A DNA stretch of 64,000 bases from Octopus vulgaris (lineage: Eukaryota). The translations under genes were made by a program, and so were the position numbers. The stretch spans positions 49,972,001 to 50,036,000 of the forward strand of contig OX597829.1 in assembly GCA_951406725.2 (NCBI GenBank), given 5' to 3'. Shown one piece after another: positions 35,280 to 47,841 of this stretch (positions are counted from its first letter, which is position 1; each line of letters starts with the position of its first letter). The notes under the pieces are model-generated. The model worked only from the letters and a program-made list of their open reading frames with translations. It ran no database searches and had not been told where the DNA came from.

Positions 35280-35582
35280 TTGTTTGTTTGTTCCTTCTCG
35301 AGCCATGCATGGCTCATAAGGGCCGGTTTCCTTGGCGTATAGGTTCCCCACCTGGATGGGACGCCGGTCCGTCGCAGGTGAGCTGCAAGATGCAGGAGGA
35401 AAGAGTGAGAGAAAGTTGTGGCGAAAGAGTCAGCAGAAATTCGCCATTACCTTCTGCCGGAGCCACGTGGAGCTTAGATGTTTCGCTCATAAACACACAC
35501 ATATCGCCCAGTATGAGATTCGAACCAGCGATCCCTCAACCGCGAGTCCGCTGCTCTAACCTCTTGGCCATGTGCCTCCACT
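35280..35582 (-). mobile_element. SINE family E with TSD
   Basis: 12-bp TSD ATGGAAGTAGGT at 35268-35279 and 35583-35594; tRNA-like head; GGATGGGACGCCGGTCCGTCGCAGG resembles a V-SINE domain. Confidence 0.85.
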
Positions 35583-36399
35583 ATGGAAGTAGGTGAGGGT
35601 CAGTGATAGGAAAGGTATTTAGCCATAGAAAATCTGCCTGAATTAATTTTGTCCCATGCAGGCATGAGAAAATATTCGTTAAAACAATAATGTGTGTGTA
35701 ATATTTTTGAATGCATGTACGTATGATTAAATTTTTTTCTGTATAAGCACACTTATATCAATAGCAGTATGTGCAAGTATTACCAGGCAAACAAGGACAA
35801 AACAATAGGTAAGAGAAAACTCTGGATAGCGGACAGGAAATAGCATGCACCATGAAAACCAAAGCATGTTAAGCAGATACGTTAAGAAATGGGTTATTGA
35901 ACAGTGACAGCACTGGTGCATACCAGGATCAAACTCAGTTCTCATCCATGCTACCCCTGAAACTCACGAAGGCAACTCTCAACAAGTTTTTGATATCATA
36001 GTGTTGCCAACCATTCCATCCTCTCCCTAGTAATGTCTCAGATGAATCAGTCTAGGTTTTACTAGTCAGTAGGGTAGTCACACGATTGCACACCACCAGC
36101 ATGGGAGCCAGTCAGGCTGCACTGCCAACAACCACACTCAAATGGTACTTTTTACATGCCACCAGCATGTCCTCGTTATATAAGAGTGTCCTCGTGCACT
36201 ATGTGACTGAGACTTGACACTCTTACTGCTACCTTTTAAGCTATTTGGCAGTGGCCCTAATCAACCTATCTGTGGTTGCTCATTTCCTGGACATGCCAAG
36301 CAAACTCAGCTGTTCTGGTAATGTCTGATCATTGCTAATGTTTATTTCTCTTGACCATGGATGAATCCACTCTGTCAGAAGCTTCCAGCTTTTTCCTGA

Positions 36400-36866
36400 C
36401 CCAGTGCCGCCTGACAGGCTCCTGTGCCGGTGGCATGTAAAAAGCACCATTTGAGTGTGGTTGTTGGCAGTGCAGCCTGACTGGCTCCCATGCCGGTGGT
36501 GTGTAAAAAGCACCATTTGAGTGTGGTTGTTGGCAGTGCAGCCTGACTGGCTCCCATGCCGGTGGTGTGTAAAAAGCACCATTTGAGTGTGGTTGTTGGC
36601 AGTGCAGCCTGACTGGCTCCCATGCCGGTGGTGTGTAAAAAGCACCATTTGAGTGTAGTATTTCCGAGTGCCCCCAAACTGCTGACATGTAAAAAGCACC
36701 CACTACACTCTAAAAGTGGTTGGTGTTAGGAAGGGTATCCAGATGTAGAAATTTAGCCAGGTCAGACTGGAGCCTGGTGCAGCTTCCTGGCTTTGCCAGT
36801 CCTCCGTCAAACCATCCAACCCATATCAGCATGGAAAGCAGATGTTAAACGATGATGTTGATGATG
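36400..36866 (+). mobile_element. Family B element with a homogeneous 66-bp internal minisatellite
   Basis: AAAAAGCACC at 36439, 36505, 36571 and 36637 (period 66). Confidence 0.9.
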
Positions 36867-37210
36867 AATACAAAGGACTCAAATGCATTCAAGGAATTGG
36901 TGATCTGTGAATCACTGTGCTTGGTGGTTTAGTCACAAGCATGGCATGCTTTTCCATTTTTGTGTGCCATGTTGATACCGTTGAAACATTTGTGAATGAG
37001 AAATGTGAAAATTAAAATAAAACACTGACATCAGCTAGATATAAACTGATCGATGTAAACAGCGGAATCACCAGATTAAAGGTTCTCATCATCGGCTGAG
37101 ATAAGTTTGTCTGTGGGGCAAAATGGTTGACTTAGTCTAGGTTCGATCTTGACCGTTGTGTTAAGCACACCTAGATGTACAAGAATGATATTGTAAGCTT
37201 TCCAAACATA

Positions 37211-37627
37211 ACTCTTTTACTCAGTCTTTTACTTGTTTCAGTCATTTGACTGTGGCCATGCTGGAGCACCGCCTTTAGTTGAGTAAATCGACCCCAGGAT
37301 TTCTTCTTTATAAGCCGAGTACTTATTCTATTGGTCTCTTTTGCTGAACCGCTAAGTTACAGGGACATAAACACACCAACAGCACTTGTCAAGTGATGTT
37401 TGGGGGGGATGGTGCAAACACAAACATACACACACACATACATACATATATATACATATATACGACGGGCTTCTTTCAGTTTCTGTCTACCAAATCCACT
37501 CACAAGGCTTTGGTCAGCCCGAGGCTATAGTAGAAGACACTTGCCCAAGGTGCCACGCAGTGGGACTGAACCCGTAACCATGTGGTTGGTAAGCAAGCTA
37601 CTTACCACACAGCCACTCCTATGCCTA
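37211..37627 (-). mobile_element. SINE family A
   Basis: Full-length copy. Confidence 0.9.
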
Positions 37628-38072
37628 AGATAAATATTTGAGAAAATTGTTTTCACATATGTAACACTTAGCATAGAACTGAATACTACGGTGGGATGTG
37701 TTAAGCATTAGGTATACGCAGCAACAACTGAACACAAATGGGGAAAAGAGAAAGAAAATGAGAGAGAGAGAGAGAAAGAGAGGCTCAGATAATTAATATG
37801 TTCTTAACTTTCTAAACAAACAGGATGAAAACTATTGAAATTCAAGGTTGGGTTTCACTGGCAAAGACAATACAAACAACATAGACAGCACTGCAATGGT
37901 GTCTTACTTGAGTGCTGTGATAACACGTCATAGTCAGCAAGATTTGAGAGATACATCTGCCTCTAATGAATGGAAAGTTTTAGAGCAGATTATAAAATAT
38001 ATTGATAGTTATGATGATAAACAAACTCTGTGTGTGTGTGTGTGTGTGTGATGAAGAGGATGATAATGACAA

Positions 38073-38459
38073 TCTATCTTTATATATAAAACTGTAGTTG
38101 TGTGAGTGTCTGTCCCCTTCGATTTAGATTCCTAACTACTCCCACATTTTGCGGTGCAGTTTAACCAAAACCGGGTATCTTATAGTCGTGATTCATATCG
38201 AGCCCTTCTGGGTATTAGTGCTTGTCTACGATTTAAAAAATTATTTACCATCATTTTTTTCCATTTTCATGCATATTTTTTTTAAGGGAAGTAACTCTCT
38301 AAAAATGTTTATGATGAGTCAACGATTTTAAAAAAAATTTACCATCATATTTTTTCCATTTTTAATGCATTTTTTTGCTATTTTTTGGCTATAACTCTCT
38401 AAAAATGCTGTATAGTTATTTCCCTTACAAACCCGAGCAACGCCGGGCGATACTGCTAG
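38073..38459 (+). mobile_element. Non-autonomous Helitron
   Basis: A|TC 5' end, 3' hairpin CCCGAGCAACGCCGGG, CTAG|T terminus; second copy at 58669-59067. Confidence 0.85.
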
Positions 38460-39077
38460 TTATATATATAAAAAAATGATTTTTTTTTTTAATCATTGAC
38501 ATATTTTGTTACTACTACTACTACTACTACTATTGCTTTTGAGTTAGCGGGACAGTCCGCTTTTATGTCTTCCTTTTTTCTTTTCCTCCCTTTTTCTCAA
38601 GAACAAAGTAATTTTTCTTGTTCAGCATAAAGCAGGTGTTTTCCAGTCACTATACTGCAAGCTCTCTCATGTGTTGCGATATTATAAATCAGGTAAATCA
38701 GGAAATGCCCAGGATATTTTACAAAACTCATTGCAAGGTATCCGTGCATCTATTTTTCGTTGCCATAAAAAAAGCAATGCTTGTACGTAGTATCTATTTC
38801 ATAAATGGTTTTAGTAATTTAAGATGGGTTTCTTGTTCAACAAAACTGAAGAAGATGATATTTTTGTCATAAATAACACTTTTAGCACCAAATTCAGTGT
38901 GCTGCAGATCACAGAAGTGTTCAAGACTTATTGCAATACTTAAAGGAAAATTTCTTTAACAAGCAAAAACATAACTAGTTTTGGGTGAACTTCTTTAGAA
39001 AGATAGGTGGTATTCCATCTAATGTGACTCTACTCAGAAGGCTGTAGTATCATTTGACACAAACATGGTATAAAGAA

Positions 39078-39390
39078 TGTGGCACATAAAAAGCACCATC
39101 CGAACGTGGCCTGTGCCAGCGCTGCCTTGACTGGTTTCTGTGCCAATGGCACGTAAAAAGCACCAACTGATTGTGGCCGTTGCCAGCTTCCTCTGTCCCC
39201 TGTGCCGGTGGCATGTAAAAAGCACTCACTACACTCTTGGAGTGGTTGGCGTTAGGTAGGGCATCCAGCTGTAGAAACATTGCCAGATCAGACTGGAGCC
39301 TGGAGCAGCCTTCTGGCTTCCCACATCGCGGTTGAACCGTCCAACCCATGCTAGCATGGAAAACGGACGTTAAACGATGATGATGATGAT
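39078..39390 (+). mobile_element. Family B element
   Basis: Internal units and (GAT)n tail. Confidence 0.85.
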
Positions 39391-39894
39391 AAGCAAGACT
39401 GTGACTTTACATGTCTTTAATGCCGGCCACATGTATATGTACACAAGCTGAATGATAAATAGAAGTGGTTAATGGACATTTATTCATATGTCTACATGCA
39501 TCGGCATGCATTGTATGTTTGCTGTTAACTCTGGTGAGAAGCTCATGAACAGCAATATGTTTGAACCAGTGCACTGTTGTTGGTGCTGTGTAGAGATGTT
39601 GTTGACAACATTGGTGAAAGACATATGATGGTTGCAATGAAGATGGAGGAGGTCGCTGTAACTTGGACAGTGGTTAGACCTTAGAAAGTCTGGAATCAAC
39701 AGACTCCGAGACTAGGAGGAGGTGAGTTTTTATAGCTAACGGTAGGCTTAAATGTAGTTTAGAATGGACTGTCTCACATGATTTATTTGGAGGCTGCGAT
39801 TGGTTACGCAATCAAATTGCACCAATCAGAGTGGTAGACATAACGGGGTCCAAAACAGCACCCAAAGGTTAGCTGTTACCTGCTACGCTCGTAT

Positions 39895-40108
39895 ACTCTT
39901 TCTCTTTTACTTGTTTCAGTCATGTGACTGTGGCCATGCTGGAGCACAGCCTTTAGTTGAGCAAATCGACCCCAGGACTTATTCTTTATAAGCCTAGTAC
40001 TTATTCTATCAGTCTCTTTTTGCCAAACTGCTAAGTTATGGGGACGTAAACACACCAACATCGGTTGTCAAGCAATGGTGGGTGGGGGACAAACACAGAC
40101 ACATAAAC

Positions 40109-40163
<55 letters not shown>

Positions 40164-40329
40164 TACGACGGGCTTCTTTCAGTTTCTGTCTACCAAATCC
40201 ACTCACAAGGCTTTGGTCAGCCCGAGGCTATAGTAGAAGACACTTGTCCAAGGTGCCTCACAGTGGGACTGAACCCAGAACCATGTGGTTGGGAAGCAAG
40301 CTACTTACCACACAGCCACTCCTACGCCT
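39895..40329 (-). mobile_element. SINE family A
   Basis: Full-length copy. Confidence 0.9.
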
Positions 40330-40477
40330 ATGTATGTTATGTATGTATGTATTATAGAGAGAGGAAGTTCACCAGAGTTTGCTACACTTCCCTGGCAACA
40401 AACATTTCAGTAACATCTATAGTTTCATAATTTCAGCTTTTTTTTCTTGCACGGAAAACCACTGCATTTCTTTATTG

Positions 40478-40725
40478 CAGTGGTTCTCAACGAATTTTTG
40501 CATATGGGCCTCTTTGATTCCTATTTTAGTGAACTGGACTCCCATTACCATTCTATGTTTAAAACAATCCTATTATATTATCATGATTAAATATTATTAG
40601 GAATCGTATAAAAAACAAAAATGAAAATTGCTGCAATGTTTTGTGTGTTGTAGCAGTATAAACTGATTTGTCGCACAAAAAATTTAACAACAAAATCTTA
40701 TATGGGCTCTGATTGGCAACCACTG
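40478..40725. mobile_element. hAT-like MITE
   Basis: CAGTGGTTCTCAA..TTGGCAACCACTG; oppositely oriented relative at 47198-47456. Confidence 0.7.
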
Positions 40726-41001
40726 CTTTGTCGTAATAGTAAAGTAGTAGCAGAAGCAGTATCCACTTATTTTTGGGCAAGTGTTTTATGTTTATATTGC
40801 TCTACCTGTTTGCAAAGTTCAGGTATGGATAACAATATTTGCTCATTCTTATCAATGTAAAGAAGTATCTAAATCACTGTGTGTGTGTGTGTGTGTTAAA
40901 TGTAGGTTTGCAGACACCCAGACACACACACACACTCCCATGCCCAAGTGTTTGTTATTTCTGGTTTGTCACACATTTTAATTTCCTAGATAAAACTAAA
41001 C

Positions 41002-41004
<3 letters not shown>

Positions 41005-41037
<33 letters not shown>

Positions 41038-41308
41038 TTGTATGTATATATGTGTGTGTATATCTATGTGTATGTGTGTGTATATATATATGTGTGTATA
41101 TACATGTATATATGTATGTATGTATATATATGTGTGTGAATGTATATATATATGTATATGTGTGAATGTTTATATATATATGTATATGTGTGAATGTATA
41201 TGTATATGTGTGAATGTATATATATATGTATGTGTGTATGTATGTATATGCATGTGTGCATGTGTATATGTATGTGTGCGTGTGTATATGTATATATGTG
41301 TGTATATG

Positions 41309-41348
<40 letters not shown>
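41005..41348. repeat. (GT/AT)n compound microsatellite
   Basis: Direct reading. Confidence 0.9.
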
Positions 41349-41920
41349 CTGTGCCGGTGGCCTGTAAAAAGCTCCCACTACACTCTCGGAGAGTGGTTGA
41401 CATTAAGAAGGTCATCCAGCTGTAGAAACATTGCCAGATCAGATTGGAGCCTAGTGCAGCCACTTGCTCTCCAGATCTCAGTCAAAGCATCCAACCCATT
41501 CCAGCATGGGAAAACGATGATCATGATGATGATGATGTGTGTGTATATGTATGTATGTGCATATATGCATATATGTGTGTGTGTGTATATACACATATAC
41601 GTATATATTTATGTTTTTGTGTATGTACATAGAATGCTGTCTTGCTGCTTTCTGTGACCACCAACATGCATTTATGATGCATGAACCAGCATGTGTTGCA
41701 TCTTTTATGTTTCCAAGACTAAAATTCCAGTCATCAAAATGATATTTTGCCAAAGTTTTAAACTGTGAATTTATCCCAATGTTGTATTCTTCCATACTTG
41801 TACTTGTTTCAGTCACTTGACTGTGGCCATACAGAAGCAGTGCCTTTAGTTGAACAAATCAACCCCGGGACTTATTCTTTTTAAATGGATCTGGTAGACA
41901 GAAACTGAGAGAAGCCCATC

Positions 41921-41958
<38 letters not shown>

Positions 41959-41965
<7 letters not shown>

Positions 41966-42135
41966 ACAAAATAAGGGCAAAAGAAAAATTCTAATGCCAA
42001 ATATGCCGAAAAAAAAGACAAAATTGTCAATAGCCATTATAATTTACGCATAAATTATAATGGTTATTGACAATTTTGTCTTTTTTGGCATATTTGGCAA
42101 TAGAATTTTTCTTTTGCCCTTATTTTGTAAATTAT
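41959..42135. repeat. Near-perfect palindrome, ~85-88-bp arms, 4-nt loop CGCA
   Basis: ATAATTTACAAAATAAGGGCAAAAG..CCATTATAATTTA-CGCA-TAAATTATAATGG..CTTTTGCCCTTATTTTGTAAATTAT. Confidence 0.95.
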
Positions 42136-42567
42136 TTATGAATTTGACCTTTAAATGTATTTTTTGATATGCTGGGCATTGTTATAAAATTTTGTTCCTG
42201 AAAAAATTTTATCCTACATTAGTTATATCATCATCATCGTCGTTTAGCGTCCGTTTTCCATGCTAGCATGGGTTGGACGGTTCTACTGGGGTCTGTGAAG
42301 CCAGACGGCTTCATCAGGCCCAGTCAAATCTGGCAGTGTTTCTACGGCTGGATGCCCTTCCTAACGCCAATATATGTATATATATATATACACATACATT
42401 TGTGTGTGTGTGTGTGTGTGTGTCTATGTTTCTCCCTGCTCCATCACTTGACAACCGATATTGGTGTGTTGACATCTCTGTAACTTGTCAATAACTATGG
42501 TTATTGACAATTTTGTCTTTTTTTCGGCATATTTGGCAATAGAATTTTTCTTTTGCCCTTATTTTGT

Positions 42568-43027
42568 AAAGCCTTGTGAGTGGATTTGGTAGATGGAAAC
42601 TGAAAGAAGCCCGTCGTATATATGTATATATATATATATATATATGTGTTTGTGTGTCTGTGTTTGTCCCCCTAGCATTGCTTGATAACCGATGCTGGTG
42701 TGTTTATGTCCCTGTTACTTAGCGGTTCGGCAAAAGAGATCGATAGAATAAGTACTGGGCTTACAAAAGAATAAGTCCTGGGGTCGAGTTGCTCGATTAA
42801 AGGCGGTGCTCCAGCATGGTCGCAGTCAAATGACTGAAACAAGTAAAAGAGTAAAAGAGTAATATATATGATGGGCTTCTCTCAGTTTCTGTCTACCAGA
42901 TCCACTCACAAGGCTCTGGTTGGCCTGAGGCTATAGTAGAAGACATTTGCCCAAGGTGCCATGCAGTGGGACTAAACGAGGGACCATATGGTTGGGAATC
43001 AAGCATCTTACCTCACAGCCACACCTG
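42568..43027. mobile_element. 5'-truncated SINE A (+, 42568-42861) and inverted A head (-, 42868-43027)
   Basis: Family A similarity. Confidence 0.8.
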
Positions 43028-43694
43028 TATGTATGTTATAATCATACTTCATTTGAAGAAGAGGTGGAATTGATGAGAAGATAAAGTTTCTTTGTAAAAA
43101 CTCTTGAAGTCTTTATTTGAAAAGTGTATCCATATAGGTGCAGGTGTGGTTATGATTAATAAGTGGTTTGTTTCACAACCAATTTGTTCTGCACTCAGTC
43201 TCTCTGTATGGCACCTTAGGGAGCTAAAGTCTTGCAAATGGATGAGTGGATTTGGTTGGAGGAAACTGAAAGAAGCTTGTGTGTGTGTGTAGATATATAT
43301 ATATGCGTGTGTGTGTTTGTGTCTCTTTGTCTTGACATTGTATGATAGCTGTAAAATGATTGTGAGTCATACAAGAAGTGTAATTCATTTCCAATATTCT
43401 ACTTGAACATGCCTGGCCACCAGGAGGGTTTGTAACAGGTGAGGCATCTGACTGTAGAAAATTTGCCTCAACTCCATCCAACCCATGCAGGCATGGAAAA
43501 GTGGATGTTAAAATGATGATGACAATGGCAACAACAATGATGCTCTGCAGGTGTTCATTTTATTCTGGGTTCCTTAATTCTACATTGCCTCATTCCATCT
43601 ACTCAGCTGTCCATCCAGAGTGACTACCAAACTGTCTGTGATAAACTGGTGTTCCCTCTTGGAAGAAGTTTATCTCTAATTTGGTTAATATTAT

Positions 43695-43927
43695 TAGGCG
43701 GCGAGATGGCAGAATCGTTAGCATGCCGGGCAAAATGCGTAGCCGTATTTCGTCTGTCGTTACGTTCTGAGTTAAAATTCCGCCGAGGTCGACTTTCCCT
43801 TTCATCCTTTCGGGGTCGATAAATAAAGTATTAGTTACGCACTGGGGTCGATGTAATCGACTTAATCCCTTTCTCTGTCCTTGTCTGTCCCCTCTATGTT
43901 TAGCCCCTTGTGGGTAGTAAAGAAATA
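43695..43927 (+). mobile_element. SINE family C
   Basis: Full length; AATATTAT flanks both sides. Confidence 0.9.
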
Positions 43928-45010
43928 AATATTATGAAGTTGTGGTTGAATGAACACTAGTTATTGAGAGACAGCCTTACACCCTGAGAAAGTATGCTGT
44001 TTGATGCCCACCTCCCCTGTTAAAATGCGTTCATCTCAACCATAAACCCCTTTTCCGTCACCTCTACATTTGGTTTACTACACAATCAAAATCCAACTTT
44101 TTCACCTAGCCTTAACAGTTACGTATTTAAAAATGATGTAAACTTGGTGTTATATCTCGTATCAAAAGACTAGGATAGCAACCACCCTCACCCTTCCAAC
44201 ACACACACACACACACTGAGACATATGTTTCTGGTTTGCTTTGGATGACATAAACATAAATCCAAAATATCTATTATCATGTATATAATTTATAACCAGT
44301 GCTAGCCATTTGCAACAGCTGTTCACTCTATATTCCAAAAGACTTGTGTCCTGTCATTGGATATAAAGAGTAATTCAGAAGTCCTTTCAGCATTTAAATG
44401 ACATAAATTTGGAGTTGGGTTTTTTTTTATGCGTATTGTAGCAGCAACATATTTTTGATTTTTAGTACTATTTCTGCTGGGGATTTTTTTATGAATAACA
44501 CTTAATGTGTTGTTTTAATATATATTAGAAAACTGTCGTAATCAAAAACTGAGAAAATATTCTTTGTCCTACAAAAAAGGAAAATAGATATGACACAATA
44601 TGATATTGATCCTATTCTATCGTCCCATCCATGCACACCTACTTCTACTGCCCAGGGTAGTGCAAGCTGCTGGTAGTATAAACAGCAGGGCACCATAGAC
44701 TCAGCCGTCTTGGAATCCCCAAGTCGTGACTGTCAGTGGGAAATGATTGAGGTTGAAAGGATGTGGATGGTGAATGCAGACAAACAGCTGTAGGTGCGAT
44801 GGTGCATGGAAAGAAGGAAGGAGGGAGAAAGGCATAGAGAGAAAGGCACAACAGTGTTACATTAAGAAACTCTACTAACCTTGATTGTTGACTGATTTGT
44901 ATTAGTGCTAAAGAGACTTTGTTCAGATTAGTCATCAATTTTTACAAGTGGCATTGTGCAATAAATCAATAGGTTTTAATTATAACTTATTAAAAACAGA
45001 ATTTACCGCT

Positions 45011-45479
45011 TTAACCGTTTAACATTCACCTTATTCTGTCAAATGTAATGCTTATTTATTGACATTGTCTTGAATTAATCATGCTTTATCTTGTAGCTTT
45101 GAGATTTAGATGATGTGATTGTTTATGTTTTTAGAACATTGTATGGGAGGTGTGACAGGCTGCATCTGGATTGTTTAAACATATTGCAAGGTACAACATT
45201 TGAGCCTGATATGGCTGGTTTAACCTTTAAGCATTTAAACTGACCATATCCGGCCAAAATATTCTACCTGCTTTATTATCAAACTAGCCAAATCCAGATA
45301 ATGCAGTTATCAAACTAGCCAAATCCAGCCGCTCACACCTACCCTACAATATCATTCTAAAAGTATACAATCACGTGCTTGGAAACTCAAAGCTACAAGA
45401 TAATGCATGACTGATTGAAAACAATATGAATAAACAAAGTATTACATTTGACAGAATAATTTGAATGCTAAAGGGTTAA
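45011..45479. mobile_element. Two MITE G copies in inverted orientation sharing a central TTAA
   Basis: TTAACCGTTTAAC..GGTTTAACCTTTAAGC..GCTAAAGGGTTAA. Confidence 0.7.
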
Positions 45480-45493
45480 ATATTCAACCAGTT

Positions 45494-45977
45494 TTAACCC
45501 TTTTGTTACCATATTTCTGTTGAGATGTTCTGTGTTTCTTTCAATTAATTTTAGATATAACAAAGAATTTAGTAAAATAACTTAGTCATTATTAAGCTAG
45601 TGTTAGGAACATAAATTGTGACTAAGGTTTGGTGGAAGATTTTAATTGAAAACTTATGAAAACAAGACATTTATACTACAGAGTCAGAGCCAGTTTCAGA
45701 CAGGTTGGTAATGAAAGGGTTAAGAATTGTTTCTCTATTATATATTTTAACCCTTTTGTTACCATATTTCTGTTGAGATGCTCTGTGTTTCTTTCAATTA
45801 ATTTTAGATATAACAAAGAATTTAGTAAAATAACTTCATTATCATTAAGCTAGTGTTAGGAACATAAATTGTGACTAAGGTTTGGTGGAAGATTTTAATT
45901 CAAAACTTATGAAAACAAGACAATGGTACTACAGAGCCAGAGGCGGTTTCAGCCAGGTTGGTATCGAAAAGGGTTAA
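45494..45977. mobile_element. MITE F tandem dimer
   Basis: Units 45494-45723 and 45747-45977; spacer GAATTGTTTCTCTATTATATATT. Confidence 0.9.
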
Positions 45978-46065
45978 AATTCACTCTAACCTATTCTGAT
46001 ATTCTTTTTATGAGGAATATAACAAAAGATACCAACAGAACAGTAAATCAACAGAATTCATTTGT

Positions 46066-46436
46066 TTATTACCTCTGCCTTAGCAAAGGTGCAAGTATTG
46101 TTTTCAGTCGTGTTTGTTTGTTTGTGCGTGGACAAGATATCTCAAGAACGACTGGATGGATTCAGATGAAACAGGGATGGTTGGCCTCGTGACTGGCACA
46201 AACTGATTATATTTGGGGACTGATCTAGTACTGGACAAGGATTCTGGATTATTTCCTTGTTTTTTCTTTTTTTTACTTAATTTTTGAGAGCAGTCGGGTT
46301 CATGTTTAGCATTCTCGTTTGTGAGAGTAGTCGAGTTTATTTCAGATATTCTCGTCTTAAAAATCATCTCTGGCTAATCGTTGAGAGGACATTGGTGTTC
46401 CCTTGGCAGAGGTTTGGGCACTCTGAGTGGTCTTGT
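46066..46436 (+). mobile_element. Helentron-associated non-autonomous element (HINE/DINE-1-like)
   Basis: Subterminal inverted repeat ACCTCTGCC (46071) / GGCAGAGGT (46405), (GTTT)n near the 5' end, 3' hairpin CACTC-T-GAGTG, T-rich flanks. Confidence 0.7.
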
Positions 46437-46439
46437 TAT

Positions 46440-46808
46440 TCTTTTATTCTTTTACTTGTTTCGGTCATTTGACTGTGGCCATGCTGGAGTACCACATTGA
46501 AGTGGTTTTTGTTGAACAAGTCAACTCCAGGACTTATTCTTAAGCCTAATACTTATTCTATTGGTCTTTTTGCTGAACAGCTAAGTTACAAACACAAAGA
46601 CCACATACATAGATATATACATATATATATATACACACACACATGCATGCACAGCAAGCTTCTTTCAGTTTCTGCCTATTAACTCTACTCACAAAGCTTT
46701 GGTCAGCCTGAGGCTGTAGCAGAAGACACTTGCCCAAGGTGCCATGTAGTGGGATTGAACCTGGAACTATCTGGTTGAGAAGCAAGCTTCTTACCACTTA
46801 GCTACACC

Positions 46809-46862
<54 letters not shown>

Positions 46863-47020
46863 AGATGAGCTTCTCTCGGTTTCCATGTACCAAATCACAA
46901 GGCTTTGGTGGGCATGAGGCTATGATAGAAGACACTTGCCCAAGTTGTCATGCCTTGGGACTGACCCTGGAACCATATGGTTGGGAAGCAAGCTTCTTAC
47001 CACACAGCCATGCATGCACC
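46440..47020 (-). mobile_element. SINE family A (diverged) plus an extra head copy
   Basis: Family A similarity. Confidence 0.75.
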
Positions 47021-47609
47021 TATATATTTTTTTAATACCTTAGTCTATAGCTGTATGGATTGGGGTAAGACTCATGGTCATTGAAGGTTATCTAAGGCAG
47101 GGGATATCATTTACCCGCCCTTATCACTTTTCTTATATTCACCTTCTTGTACTTTGATGGTGCACACAGCAAGGCAACTATTCTTGTCCCTTTAGTGCAG
47201 TGGTTTTCAACCAGGTTCCATATGACCCGTGAAGGGGTCCATATAAGATTTTGTTGTTAAAATTTATCTGCAATAAATTAGTTATTCTTGTACAATACAC
47301 AAAATATTTTGACAATTATGTTTACAGAATTCCAAATAACATTTAATTATAAAAATATTATGGGATTTTTTTTAAACATCAAATTTCTGTGAGAGTCCAC
47401 CTGAGTAAAATTTGAATTGGAGGAGGTCCTTAAGCAAAAACGGGTTGAGAAACCTGACTGTATCATACATTTATATGTTAACCCCCGAGTATTAAAACCA
47501 CTTCCCTCAATACTATCTCCTCCCCTCAGCTGAGAGATCTTGTCTTGTAAGTTACTTGGTGACCTCACTAGTACTGGTTCCATAGCATATTGTATTCTGT
47601 ATATATTTA

Positions 47610-47841
47610 TATTTCTTTACTACCCACAAGGGGCTAAACACAGAGGGGACAAACAAGGACAGACAAACGGATTAAGTCGATTACATCGACCCCAGTGCGT
47701 AACTGGTACTTAATTTATCGACGCCAAAAAGATGAAAGGCAAAGTCGACCTCGGCGGAATTTGAACTCAGAACGTAATGACAGACGAAATACGGCTACGC
47801 ATTTCGCCGGGCGTGCTAACGGTTCTGCCAGCTCGCCGCCT
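47610..47841 (-). mobile_element. SINE family C with TSD
   Basis: Flanked by TTGTA(T/C)TCTGTATATATT direct repeat. Confidence 0.9.

Noticed and set aside
36415-36660. Regularly spaced repeats resembling a CRISPR array
   Set aside because: Units are fully tandem with no unique spacers; internal minisatellite of a retroelement in a eukaryotic genome
37824-38030. Protein-like ORF near a CAG acceptor as exon 2
   Set aside because: In the phase required by exon 1 it hits a stop after ~20 codons unless a weak GTTGGG donor is used
44645-44845. Possible minus-strand exon (pyrimidine tract, CCTACAG acceptor, VCLHSPSTSF..YPGQ*)
   Set aside because: No recognisable domain, no partner exons, and the tract is offset from the AG; insufficient support
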